DNA from: Amoebidium appalachense
Taxonomy: Eukaryota; Protista; Ichthyosporea
NCBI GenBank assembly: GCA_963693365.1
Contig: CAVNZM010000004.1
Coordinates: 2,564,389-2,628,388, forward strand
Length of the DNA: 64,000 nt
Direction: 5' to 3'
Each line of letters starts with the position of its first letter. Within the stretch, counting starts at the first letter, position 1. The position numbers were made by a program, and so were the translations under genes. The notes beneath the pieces are model-generated. The model searched no databases, was not told the origin of the DNA, and saw only the letters and a program-made list of their open reading frames with translations. Shown here piece by piece: positions 13,253 to 40,600 of the stretch.

Positions 13253-14278
13253 GTGGGGGCATATGTTCTGGATGGGGGGCTGTATCCGGTGGCAGGGAGG
13301 GGTGAGGGGGGGTGTACATGTGTTTGCCTGAGTATTCAGATTTGGTGGTTGGGTGCCGCGAGTGGACTGGTGAGAGTGCATCTCAAGCGGATGAACCACC
13401 CCCGTATGACGCATTATGGGAATTATGACCTCTTGCTCCCTCCTTCCTTTTTATTGCAGCCTCAAGTTGGGATGACTGGTTTGTAGGGGTGTCAATGTGT
13501 GGGTGTTGTTTTTTTTTGGGGGGGGGGGGGGGGGGGGGGGGGACTTTTTTTTTTCCTCCTTTAGCTGGGGAACATGGCATATGTAAATATATGGCACGGG
13601 GCACTTGTGATTTGGCAGAATGGATGACGTGGTATGCCACTGCACGTAGTCTCGCAACGTGATGCCTACTTTCTGGTTAAGTATTAGACAGCCACACACG
13701 GTATTGTATTTACCGGCACATGCACACACATGCATTATTACGAATGTTTACTAGTCTGTATGAATGCCCACATCTTGCTAGTTGCCCTTTAGCTACAGCT
13801 GCACGCACTAGACACACGAGTCTCTAAGGTGAATTCAAGATTGGAGATGGAATATCGATTGTGGATGGCCTGCTTAAGGGACTAATCCATAAACGCATAT
13901 TCTCCGACGTGAATGTGCACGTATTTTTGTAGACAGGATTAGATGTATGAATTTCTTGTAGCTGTATGCGGTGTTGTTGATGAATAGGAATGATAAGGAA
14001 GAGGCTTCCTGGACGTACAATGGTTAGTCGTAGAACACATCATGTGCAGTCTTGGTCCGATGGTATTTGAGCTAAACATGCCTAAAAGCATTATTAACCG
14101 CAGTGATAGACACGAAATGTTTTTAATGGTCCCCGTGATGTTGCTAATGTATCTGCAGATGGCTTTAAATAAATAAAGTAATTTGCCTACTCAGCACACA
14201 CTTTATAAGTTTCTTGCGAACTTTTCAGTATGTTTATAAATCACTGTGGGTGCAGGTGAGACACCATGCCCCCAAGAA

Positions 14279-14311
<33 letters not shown>

Positions 14312-14975
14312 CCCGAAAAAAAGAGGGAGAAGAAGAAGAAGCAACCCTCGAGCCCACTGGGCCAACACGGGCACTACCACCACTATAATTATTACCCTGC
14401 CGTAGCCCCCACCACCTTTATCCTTCCCCACCTTGTTGCAGCAGTTTTAGAGATCTTCTGTTGATCAATAGATAGGTCACGCCTTTGTAATGTTCTGTTG
14501 AGTTGCAAGTACAGTGACGGCGGCTATATAGCTATGACACCATGGGGGCTGTTTTACTCAGATTGTGCAGTGCGGCATGCACCACGTATATCAACGCTAG
14601 CGGGGCATACTTCACGTATATTGACGGATTGCCCTAAATTCAAAGCATATATTTGCATGAAGTCAGCTGCAGGTTTTGGCCATGGAAACTGGATATATCC
14701 ACATCGGCGTGCACACATGCATTGCGTGCATTCATGATCGATATGGGCACGACTGCACTTGCGGTATTAAATATCATATATGTATAGTACTACTGCATGC
14801 TTGGCAATGCCCTAAAGTGTACTTATTGATTCCTGAGTAAATCCTTCGCAGTATTATATGTTTCCCTGGTGCTCTACAAAGCTCCTCTCTGGCCATGACC
14901 CTGGATGGATCCACCCCAGGCCGTTTTGGCGGATTTGTTCCCCCTCCCCCTCCCTCCTTCTCCCCTCTTCCCCCC

Positions 14976-15008
<33 letters not shown>

Positions 15009-15120
15009 ACATAGAGGGAAAGAAAAGGACAAAAAAAAATATAAAAAAAATAAAAACCCACTGGAACATACATATGCAAATGCATACACGTGCTTCGTAG
15101 CACACAGAGAAATATGGCAG

Positions 15121-15178
<58 letters not shown>

Positions 15179-15327
15179 TTCCCCTTCCCCCTCCCCCTTC
15201 CCCCTCGAGCTCCAAAAAAAAAAAAAAAGAGAAGGAAAAAAACATTTTGCCAAATAATGATTAAAATTAACAAATAACGAATAAAAATTCTTTTCAATAA
15301 AAAAACAAAAAACTCACGTGCGCACGT

Positions 15328-15383
<56 letters not shown>

Positions 15384-15592
15384 CTACACACACACACACA
15401 CACTTACACACACCATACAACCTCTACAGTAATAAATAACATTGCACGTGCAGGGCACAAAACACATCTGCCTGCCCGCCTACCCATCCACACACCCACA
15501 ATAACACACGCGCAGTGCACGCATGCACGTGTGTACACTTACTCATGCACGCACGCACACCTTCATGCACTCCCGCCCACCCGCCTCCCCGC

Positions 15593-15635
<43 letters not shown>

Positions 15636-16272
15636 ACACAACCGGCATATACTAACACAAAACATACTCACACAAGCACACCCATGCACCGAAGCACAGA
15701 CACACCCATTCATTCACCCACCCAGTCACCCCCAGCCACCCATCCACTTGCAACCACCCACACCCACTCACACCCATACACGCATGCACCTAGACACAAA
15801 TTTGCAAATCTGCAACACGGTCACACATAAATGCATGAGCCTGACAGACACAAACACAAGTCATACGACACAAGCAGAAATATATGACTCATGGGATTTA
15901 TTTGGTTGTCCTAGTATTGCATGCATATGGTATGTACTGTCTCAAACCCAGGTTCTGCGCTACATACGTACATACAGCAACATATCATTCCTGCAAACGA
16001 GTGCATGCGTAATACTGGAACTGTGTGAGCTCTAAATGGTAAGATTTGCGGCCTCCTATCGATGGGAAAGACTTGGTGCTACACACCCCAACAGACCTAT
16101 CACAAGAGATTTACACGCACATATCATCATAGCATTACACGCAGATTCCTATAAATATGTTGGAAGCCTAGTAAAGGAAGAGAGCGGATGAATGCATCAC
16201 TCCACCACTCTCCGAACATCCTTCTCATCCCCCCACAGGTCCTAAGGTCCCAGGTGCACGTACAGCACCCAT

Positions 16273-30035
<13,763 letters not shown>

Positions 30036-30594
30036 ACATCTGCAGCGGTGCTGTTATGGGCAAAACAACTACGTTTTCCTCTGTTATCCCCTCTTCCCTC
30101 CTCAGAAATGAATCTCTGCCACCTCTGCACCGGCCCACTTCACCGGCCCTGTCTCACTTGGATCTAGCTTTTTGCGTAACACTTATCTCTGACGATCAGT
30201 TACGTAATCGCAGAAAACATTTTCATTGGATACAGCCGGTATCAAGTGACTCAATTTCAGTTCCATTCCACGGCCATCTAGGGTGTTTCTAGATAGATGG
30301 CCGTGGTTCCATCAGTCACATTTCACGGGAATCACGGGCCCGGCAGCTGGGCCTGGCATCATCAATGTAAATTCTCAGCAATGATGCACACATGAAATCC
30401 CACCTGCACAAAAAAAAACCTGGCACTATGTACACCTTCTTTTGTATAATGTACCTTTCTACATATCTATCCACACCTGCCCGACTGTCAAAGAGTAAGC
30501 ACGGGGATTTATCGTGCATTGGCGTCACGCGGTCGACTACGTAAGCCAGACTTACTGTAGGCTAGCCAGTCCCAAGTTTGGGGTACGCGAGCGC

Positions 30595-30880
30595 TGGCCA
30601 ATGAAACTGTGCCTTTTCCAAGGAATTCGGAAACGAACGGTCGTGCCTCCTGTTTTTCTGTTCTTTTTCTTTAGTTGCATTATTTACCAGTAATATTTGG
30701 AACTACTTACTTGAATACATTATATGGCTAGCTATTTCAGCATCTTTTGTATTAATATTTCCCTCCGTTTTCCCTGTGCCCCTTCGCCCGGGCTCTGGAA
30801 TGCGAAGAAGATGCTTTGGGCCACTCACATGCGGGAGCCAATGAAAGCGCGCTGCTGGAAATCACCTTGATATAAAATCA
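30595..30880. promoter_or_regulatory. Divergent ASCC2/cofilin promoter region with CCAAT boxes and a TATA-like element
   Basis: GCCAATGAAA at ~30597 and ~30837; TATAAAA at 30871; microsatellite-free region between head-to-head genes. Confidence 0.5.
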
Positions 30881-31086
30881 CGACACCTGAGGCAGACAGG
30901 GCACATTGACTGACATCCAACACACACAAATAGAGTGGGTTTGTTTTTTTCAGACGTGAAAGGTTGAATTTACCACCTTCACCCAAAAAAAGGAAAGAAC
31001 TAAATTAAGGGCAACAGCTAGCTCAAAAACGGTTTTCAACTCTTTTCATTTGTACTATTTGTAGTCAAAAGGTGCTGCGCTGAAAA

Positions 31087-33119
31087 ATGGTAAGCAGCCT
31101 GACGACGCGCCTTCGGTCCATGCCGCTTAGCCTATGATTTAGCGCATGCGACGCCTACAGACAACAGACACCCGGCCTACGTGCCCTCCTCTATCCCTTT
31201 TATTACTTAGATTCTGACCTTGCACACCTTGAACCTTCCTATACAGTAGTCACTCACTACTCAAGACCTCCTCTAACTAATTTTACCGAAAAATTGGCAC
31301 ACCCGCGGCCGGCCCCCCTTATACATGCATGTCCTTGTTCGGTTCTTATTCTACCAACCTCCCCCCCCCCCCCCCCCCCCCCCCCCCTCTCTCTCTCCCC
31401 CCTCCTCCTCCCACCCAGCAATCCTCCCCTCCCCCCCCCCCCCCCCCCCCCCCCCCAACAACACACACACACACAAACAAATTGCCCCACCACACACTGA
31501 ATACTACCTATTATAGCAGTTCTAGCAAGCACACAGCCTGAAGACGATTTATGAACTTACTGGTTTTGTTCACGTGACGAGGCAACGGTGCACTTCTGCA
31601 TATGCGTTGACATGGCCAAACTCGAGCTCGTTTACTACGTAGTGCTGTCAGGTATGGAAGGTGCACGTGTTTCCTGGTGATTTGGGCTGCAGGGGGAGCC
31701 AAGGCTTTCGAATAATCCAATAACTTGATAATTTGGAGCTAATCCATTCTGCACAAACATTTCACAGGCGTCTGGCGTTCATGTCGGCGACGACGTGCTT
31801 CATGCCTTTACCGACATCAAGTACGGACACAAACACAAGTACGTCATGTTTGGCTTCAACCCACAATACTCTGAAATTCACGCGCTGAAGGCTGGGGACC
31901 TGAGTGCCACCTACGACCAGTTTGTTGAGGACCTGCCCAAGACCAGCGGCTGCTACGCCGTGTATGACTTTGACTACAATGCACGGGATGGTGGAAAGCG
32001 CAACAAACTTGTGTTTGTGGTGTGGGCCCCTGATAGTGCCAAGCTGAAGAGCAAGATGCTGGTGAGTTTAGTTTCAAATGTCCCTCCTCCCCCCCCCCCC
32101 CCCCCCCCCTTCCCCCCCCCCCGGGCCCTCCTCCGTCCTCCTCCCTTCTCCTAGGGCCTTACTTTTTTCAGCTGCCAAACCCGCCTCCCCCCCCCCTCCC
32201 TGCCCCTCCCCCCGTCAACCGCCACTCACACAGCACAGGTACCAACATTCACTGTGGCGGGCAGCAACAAACTCATGGTGACATGCACGTGACAAATAGA
32301 AGTATGCATGCCCGCCCGCCCGCCCGCCCGCCCGCCCGCCCGCCCGCAGACACGCACACACGCACGCACGCACGTACATTGCAACATTGCAGCCACTTCA
32401 TGCATGTTACAACGCACGCACGCTACAACACACGCACGCATGCGGCAACACACACACACGTTAAAACGCACGCACGCGCGCACACACCGTGTAGCACAAT
32501 CATTTCAATTCCCCTTCCCCTCCCCCCCCCCCCCCCCCCCTTCCCCCCCCTTCTCCCCCTCCGAAAAAAAAAAGAAAAGAAAAGAAAAGAATAACTTAAG
32601 CACCTTAATAAAATTCCCCACCTTCCCCCCTCCCCTCCCCCCCGTCGAACCCCCCCCCCCCCCCGAGTTCCCTGCGGGGCCCATTGTACTCCCCACTCCA
32701 CCATATTTACGTAGAGTATAGGTAACCTTTCTACCTGGTGAACGGGGAAGGGGAAGCGAGATGAAGAAATGAGCCGGGGCAGACGTGGCGGGATGAGGGA
32801 ACGTGGGTTCCACAAGCCCCCCGGGGAGTGGGGGGGGGGGGGGGGGGGGGGGGGTTAGCTTTTTCTAGGTGGCAGTATTACAGATATTTTTATTGCAGGG
32901 CAATAAATACCAATGGAACGGTACAAACTCATGATACTGCCGGGTTTGCCTACCACTGCATACTCTAATCGCGTATGCACCTGCAAACAACAGGTGGCCA
33001 GCAGCAAGGACGCACTCCGCAGCTCGTTAGACGGGATCCATGCTGAGATTCAGGCCACAGACATGGAGGAGATTGCATATGACGAGGTGCTGGAGAGGGT
33101 GTGCAGGGGTGATGCATGA
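31087..33119 (+). CDS. COF1: ADF/cofilin (140 aa); exons 31087-31089 (ATG only), 31768-32061, 32994-33119
   Basis: M|ASGVHVGDD...YDQFVEDLP...CYAVYDFDY...RNKLVFVVWAPDSAKLKSKML|VASSKDALRSSLDGIHAEIQATD. An ATG-only first coding exon is typical of ADF/cofilin genes. Confidence 0.96.
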
Positions 33120-33562
33120 GCGAGATTTAAGCATTTTTACGCACATGTGAACATTCTGCCCTGCGCAAGGATGTTGTAATTGCTTACATGTTCACATAAC
33201 TGACATACGCATCTACTGTAACAGCGTGTCGAAATCTGGGGTAACTTATTTGCTCTGAAAGTAAATTTTAAAAAAAAAACTGATGCAGAAATAATATTAA
33301 ACTTGTAAACGTAGGGGCTCCCTATCGTAAAACCGTAACACACACACCCCGATCCCCCTCCCCACCACCCCCCAACCCGCCCCCACAAAATGTCCCCCCC
33401 CCCCCCCCCCCCCCCCCTGGCCACCCCCTCCCTCCCCCGGCCCCCAATACGCACACACACGTGTACACATGCACAAACGCAATTACGCATACACGCACAA
33501 ACGCGTGCACGCACGGCACACATACACATGTGTGCACACAACCACACACGCACACACGTGTG

Positions 33563-33634
<72 letters not shown>

Positions 33635-33671
33635 TACACACACACACACACGCACACACACACAACACACG

Positions 33672-33734
<63 letters not shown>

Positions 33735-34776
33735 GGAATAAAAGAACACACTATATAAGGTGGTCCCTTAGAGTCCCTTCACACCGGGTGTCAACAGACT
33801 CCCAGTACTAGTGTTGGCCTATATTACGTCACCGGTCGGGGCTGCATTGCCTAAGGCTGAATTACCAGATATGGCAGCTCTGCAGTAGTGTCCGTGACAT
33901 GTAACCAATAAAGGCAGGGTTCGAAAGCAGGTTATGACGTAGCTGTGGCTCACTTGGCTCACGCCGCAGCCGAAGGCCGTGTCACCTCCGGCTGTTCGAC
34001 GCGACCGAGTGCTTTTGGGTCTGTGTGTTCGTTGCCCAGAGTTGAACGTGTGTCCGAAACTGTTAAGTCTGCTTGAGTTTCTACGTCAGGTTTCTTTCAA
34101 GGTTGTTGCAGGGCCTAACTTCCTGGTTTCACCATTTTCCGGGTAACATGGCTTTGAACTAATGTTTTGTAGTCCACCGTGCAAAGGAACGACTATGTAG
34201 GCCTAGGCGGACGGCGTACCTGGGGTAGAGACGACAGCTTGTCACACGCCGCAAGGGTTGACACTACGGTGTATAAAGATTTTTTTATAAAAAAAAAAGG
34301 CGCAAATTAAGAGCAGCATACGAGATATCAACACGCCACAAATTGTTTGGTTTGTGCACTCAAAGGATTTTTGGATTCCTTTGTTTGCACAATCCGTGCC
34401 GCAAAATAATAATATCAGAGTGGGATACAACGCGAAGGCTTGTTTCACAGCCACCTGGGTTGAGCGAACATACGTCCTAAAAAGAGGTATGTGTTTTCAA
34501 GTTTGTTTCGGCTATGGTTTGTTTTGAGATAATGCTCACATGTTTTGATGCGCTGGAAAGCATCCCAAATAGCACAGAACGAAGAAACTGCTTGTGCCTC
34601 TTCGTCTCCCACCTGTTGTGAACAAGTAAGCATAACTGTTTTGCATAGTATTTGTGTTTTGCGGTCACAATCCACTCGCTTTCTGTTATACACTGACGAG
34701 AGCTTTTTCACAAACCCAGGACTACTTCCCACTTGACTACGAACCTTTTCACGGCTCCAAGTCTCAAACCACAACA

Positions 34777-35115
34777 ATGGGTCTGCTGTTCAAAGAGTAC
34801 CTTAACGGCGAGCGCATTTACAGCTGCGCAACCTGTCGCTCCCATCTGGCCTCACATGAACAGATAATCTCCAAGTCTTTTCAAGGACGAAGCGGCAGGG
34901 CTTATCTTTTCAACCAGGTGGTAAACGTTCAAACGGGAAAGCCCGAAGAGAGATTACTCATCACCGGTGTTCATTTGGTGGCAGACATCACCTGCACCTG
35001 CTGCAATGCGAATCTAGGTTGGAAGTACGAGCAGGCGTATGAGCCATCACAGAAGTACAAGGAAGGAAAGTTTATCATTGAAAAGGCAAAGATGGTGAAG
35101 GAGAATGGTTGGTAG
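34777..35115 (+). CDS. YPEL: Yippee-like zinc-binding protein (112 aa), coding region intronless
   Basis: MGLLFKEYL...[11 protein letters not shown]...[16 protein letters not shown]...[45 protein letters not shown]. Confidence 0.97.
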   Translation: MGLLFKEYLNGERIYSCATCRSHLASHEQIISKSFQGRSGRAYLFNQVVNVQTGKPEERLLITGVHLVADITCTCCNANLGWKYEQAYEPSQKYKEGKFIIEKAKMVKENGW

Positions 35116-36321
35116 TGCAAATAAGAAGGTTGAATTGCTGTTTATGAAATGGGTGGTAGCTCCTTCTCCAACTGCACGTTTAGACTTTCATAGCCCCCCC
35201 CAGCCCCCTCCCCCCCCCCCCCCTTCCCCCCCCCCCCCCTTCCCCCTTCCCACCCGCCCTTTCCCCCCGTCTAGGTTGAAGAGCGATTTATTCACCTATT
35301 TAGATAGCAACCGTAGTTCTACCGTCAAGTTGTATGTGGTTTACTATAATATTACATTTTTCGTCCATATGGCTATCAGGCAGGAGCACACTATTATGTA
35401 GTGCAACATGTACATACTTCGAGCATAATTTCTCAGCTCAGAGACAAAACTGTGTTTTGCTTTCACACTTGAAGTGTTTTAGTGCTTTGTTTATTACCAA
35501 TCGATGTTCGACTCTGTGTAATACCTTGGGCATTTGAAGTGAGTCGGTAGCCACGGTCAAGGTTGGGTTTTTCCTAGACGGCCTGAGATTATTAACATCA
35601 GAAATCGGGTGAAACCGTTTTTGGTGTGAAAGAGCGCTGTTGCCATGAAAACAAAGGTGTCACCAATATTTATTAGCAACATCAATGTATTGTAGGACCT
35701 AGGGCAGCTACTAAATGCACGTGAGAGCTAGAAACACGTGTACACAATGTACCCCCGCAGTGATTGCACTTCTCATTGATTTTGAGGGTGCCGTATTGTA
35801 AAATCAATACTTCTAGATCACGCAAACCTGCGGTCATGAATGTGCGAGTCCCCCCTCCCCCTCCTGTCCCCCCGCCCCACCCCACACCTTCACGGATCCC
35901 TCCCGTCACTCCCTGCCCTCCCCGCTACATTCACGGGCCCGGCCCCACACGTACAAGTACTCACACACGATCATGATCATGCATCGTTGCATACGTGCAC
36001 GTACGCGTGGGTCACAATGCAGAAGCACGGCACGGTTACACACAGCTACGCACACAGCCCCACTATCCACACGTGGGTATGGCATACACACGTCGCCCTC
36101 ATAAGATCATGCCCAAGCACACCAGAGCAGCACATTTTTCCTGGCTCCTTGGTTTCTCTAGATCCCTTTCTCTTTCGGCAACTTTTTCTTTCTTTCATGC
36201 TTTTGCGTGCTTCCTCTGTCCCACCACCTCCACCCCCTCCCCTCCCCTCCCTCCTCCACTTTTTAAACTCTCTTCTCCTCTCTTTCTCTTCTGAGAATAT
36301 GGTCGTTCTCTCCTAGTATCC

Positions 36322-36520
36322 AAAAGCCCAGTAAGGCCCTGAGAACGGTCCCGTGGTCTGCTGCCGTGCCATATGTTGTGCAACCACAATCAACTTTGAA
36401 ACCCCATGCATGTGCAAAGTCAATGAGGTTCATTACCGTCCCAGCCCTCAAGCCGCCCGGGGCCTCAGTAGGGTCTCGAACGACGAGTCACAGGCCCGCG
36501 GATCGTGAGAACCGGGCTAC
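36322..36520 (-). ncRNA. Candidate structured Pol III-like ncRNA (unassigned)
   Basis: On the minus strand, 5' AGCCCGG can pair with 3' CTGGGCT, which is followed by a T4 run. Internal B-box-like GTTCGAGACC (36472-36481) and several internal stems. Confidence 0.3.
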
Positions 36521-36564
36521 AAATTCGAGTCCAGGGGTGCAGGGTTTGAACAGCAGGTTGGTAT

Positions 36565-36660
36565 ATGATTGGATAGCCACGCACCCTAAAATATGTATGC
36601 CTAATTAAGCTATTTTGTAATCTTATGGATTGGGCAAAATGTCTAATATGGCGGGAAAAC
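36565..36660 (+). promoter_or_regulatory. Promoter with a canonical E2F site and two inverted CCAAT boxes
   Basis: TGGCGGGAAAA (reverse complement TTTTCCCGCCA) at 36649-36659; ATTGG at 36568 and 36629. Confidence 0.55.
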
Positions 36661-36871
36661 TTGTCCCCTGTGCCGGCCAAAAGCCTTCAGTCCGACCGAG
36701 CCCGTTCCGGAGGCGGTCAAAACCGTAGACGGTTGGCTGAAACCACCTACAAAAAGAAACCTTGGGGCTTTTACTTTTTAGGTGCTGGGCTGCTATTATA
36801 GAGCTTATATTTTGTAAGAGCAGCCATCATGACGCAGGCCAAAGAAAACGAAGCAGGCAAGCAGGTCAAAG

Positions 36872-37605
36872 ATGGTTTCAAGATGGCCAAACTTGATAAC
36901 AAGGAAGCTGCCTGAGGAGCGTGAAAAGCGTGTGGCACAGCTGCAGGAGGCGAAAAGGTAATGCACAGAAGTTTTTTTTTTGCATGATACCTTGGAAAAA
37001 GTGTAACTAATTTTATGGAAAATTTTCCGGTGGCAGCAACATGGACTGACAAATGAACAAGACACTTGGCATGTCGGTTTCATGCCTTGACTTACATAAT
37101 GATAATGATTCCTGTGTGGTGAAAATATACTTTTTCTGACTTTTTGCTTGTGTGTGGGTGGGTTAAGTGTAGGCTCGTATCACGTTCTGTGCAGTTGGGA
37201 ATGGCCAAGGAAAGGCACTCCTCAGCAGCCACCGACAAAGACACAGCTCTGGGGAATCACGGTATGTCATGTTGGCGTGTGGTGCTACCAATGATGTATG
37301 CAGCACGATGCATGGTGCTACCGCCCTTCATACCTCCCAAATTTGAAAAATGGAATGTTTCTTTATAAATTGACGGAAAGCTCGCCAAATATAAATTCTA
37401 AAAACATAACTCGTTGTTAGACATTACTTCAGCTCTTGCAGCCTATTCATTACGATTCATTATTTTCAGCTCTTGCAACCTACACAGCATGCTGAAAGTT
37501 TAGATCATAGCAAGAGTAGCAGAGGTGCTGTCCTGCCTTCGAGGAGTTGGTGTTAATTCCTTAATTCCTACGCCTTTGGGGGGGAGGTGGGGGGGGGGTG
37601 TACAA

Positions 37606-37646
<41 letters not shown>

Positions 37647-40600
37647 CAGCTTACAAAACCTTACATGCCCATTCGCACATCCAGACAGATCTCTTGCCCT
37701 GGTCCGAGGCAGACGTCACCAAGAAACCGAGCACTAACACAACACGCAAGTACTGCTTTTGGTTTCCAGGTATATCATTCACCTTTCACATTTGAAACAG
37801 AGGTTTCTGTGCTTTTTCTATCGCTATCATGCAGTGCTTAAAAAGTTCCTTCCATTCGTTGGTTCTTTTCCCCAACTTCTATTTCCATACCCGCCGTTCT
37901 TGTGGTGGTTTGCTTGTTTTCTTGAACACTGTCCTTCGTATGCATGCAGTAAGCCCTTGCGCATGCAGTAAGCCCTTGCCACGAAGATTGTGCAAGCTAA
38001 TTTGGGAGCCATGCACCGGTTTCCCTTGCTTTGAACTTCTCTTCTCTATTCTATTTCCTTAAAACTTTTGTGCTATAGTTCAAGCACTGCCACGGATTTG
38101 TGTGTTAGTACTCCTTTTGACAGCCTAATTAGTAATTGATTTGATGAACATATGTAAATAACGTATAAGGGAGTTTCATGTCAAATCCCTCCCTCCTCCC
38201 CCCCTCCCCCCAATCCCCCCCCATCTCTTAAGATCTTGCTCCCCGGGGTCCCATTTCCTCCCCTGCTTCCGTTTTTATTTTCCGCCCTTTTGCTCTCATG
38301 CTTTCCGTTGCCACATTTCCTGATCATAGAAACGAGTGTGCTAGCATGGTTTGAAGGTTGGTCCTTATTTTGGGCAGCGGTGAACCAGGCAAAAGCACGC
38401 ACATATGTGAGGGAACTTGTTCGTGGCTCTTAGTTTGGTTTGTCTACTCCTTTGATTGTATATGTGGCAGGGTAAGAGGGGAAGGGAAGGGGGAGGGGGG
38501 AGGGGAAGAGGTTGCTACCTTCGTGCTTGAGAAGGTTACTGGAACGGGCCATAATATTTCCGAATCTCCAGAAACGAAAGAAAGCGGAGGAGGGAGAGGG
38601 GAAGGGGGGGGGGGGGGAGGGGAGGGGAAGGGAGGGAGGGGAGGGGGGGGGGGGGGGGGGGGGGAGGGGGAAGGGAGACAGGGGGGGGGGGGGGGGGGGG
38701 GGTTTGTAAAATAGGGAGCTAGAGAGTTTTTCGTTTTCCATCATGCAGTGTGCTTGATTATTGGTTACTTTGGAAGCCGTTAAGCAGTGGGGAAGTGTGG
38801 GTATTTGGGGTGTGAGCGTATTGAATAGTGCTTTTGTTTCTAACCCCCCCCCCCATTTTCCGTTTTTAGGTTTGCTCCAATTACAAAAGGGTGTGTATGT
38901 GTGTGTGTGTTTAGGGGAGAGTGAGGGGGGTGGTAGAGGTTTGGAGTAGTGGTAGTTTGATGTGAAGTTGAGGAAGGGGAGCTGATCTCGCTGTTCAACT
39001 AATGCGAGGGGGGAGGGGGGTAGGGGGGGTGAGGGGGGGGGGGGGGGGGGAGGGGGGGGGAGGGTAGTTGGTATTCTTGCCCGTTGGGTGCTGTGTAGCC
39101 TAAGACCCTTTGGGGATTGTTTTAAGGTATTATTGTAGTTGTCCTACTTCGATCCTTTCCTTGTATGAAGTCGCTCGGTTCAACACTGTCCTTTTGCTAT
39201 TATGGACTTCCCCTTTTCCCATTGCTTCCTTGTTCCTTCCTTCCTTGCAAGCATCTTTCTTTCAGACTTCCTTCTATTTTCTGCATCTCGTTCTTTATTT
39301 CTTTCTCCTCCTTCTCTCGTTCTGCCCTCTTTTTTGCCTGCTTTCCTTCCTTCGTTCGTCGCTTGTTCCTTCCTTCTTTCATAATGATTTCTTTCGTTCT
39401 TCGTTTCCCGGTTTCCCTCTTCGTTCCCATTTTTTATTTTTTTTTATTACATATATACGGAGAGCCGAGCAGGAGGGACCGGGGAGAAGAGATGGAAAAG
39501 GGGAGGGTTGGTTATTTGGTAGCAAACAACGTGCTTTGCCTTTACGGAAATGTTTGTGCCTAGCTGAATGTCATTTGTTTTATCAGGGCAGTTTCGTGTT
39601 GGTGCCAAGAACACATTTGGGTCCCTCTCTGGCCTGGACACACCCATACCCACCATGACCATAGACTATCCAGAGGTGATTGTCGCTTCACGTGCATAAG
39701 AGCGTATATGTGTTTTTTGTGCTTAGGGTGATTGGAGTGAAGACGTTGGTTACAGCGGGATATTAGATGAATTAGGATTTTGTTGTGGTTTTGCGGAAGG
39801 TTTTCCTTTATTCGTCGGTGTATCATGAGTCTCTCCCTAATTCCGTTTCTGGTCTCCCCCCCCCCCCCCCCCCCAAAAAAAAAAAAAAAAAAAAAGATGA
39901 AAAAAAAGGTAAAACAAACTGCCAGGGGACGCATCCTACGAAATCACCACTGCTACCGCCTCCCCATTATCACAACTCGTTTAGCGTATTGTATATGCTC
40001 GAAAATTGCGCTTGCCGGTGTTGTATTCCCATAAGTTAACCGCGAGATAGTAGTCATAACTGGCGATGATTATCAGGTTGTTTGCAGTACAATTTCTGAT
40101 TGACTGATTAGCAAGAGATGGCACCTATCCTTCCCCCCCCCCCCCCCTCCCCCCGGCGCCTCTGTCCCCTCTCCCCCCAACTCTTCCTCTACGAATCATT
40201 CCAACCCCCAGCCTCTTTGACCTTTTCCCCTCCGAAAGTTGCAGATTTACATCCTCCCCCCCCCCCCCCCCCCCCTCCCCTCCCCCCTCCCCCCTTCCCC
40301 CTCTCCACCGGTGCCCCTTCTCCCTCTTCTTGCCCCTTTCCTCTACCCCTTTGCCCTCTCACCCTTTAAGAGAAAAACAAAGACAGGGAAAAGGGGGGGG
40401 GGGAGAAATGAAAAAAAAGAAAACATAAACGTATCTTTGCCTCTTTGCTTCCTGTAGACAGCACAATGATACTTTTCCTTCTAGTGGCAATAAGCATTAT
40501 ACACATGCACATCTTGCAATAACAGAAAAAGCATCTCTGCACTCGCATATCATTAATTCCCACTTGAGCACACATGATATAGAGGACATACAATGAACAT

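Noticed and set aside
36541-36550. AAACCCT (minus strand) as a telomerase RNA template
   Set aside because: Not a 1.5x permuted telomere repeat; too short to support.
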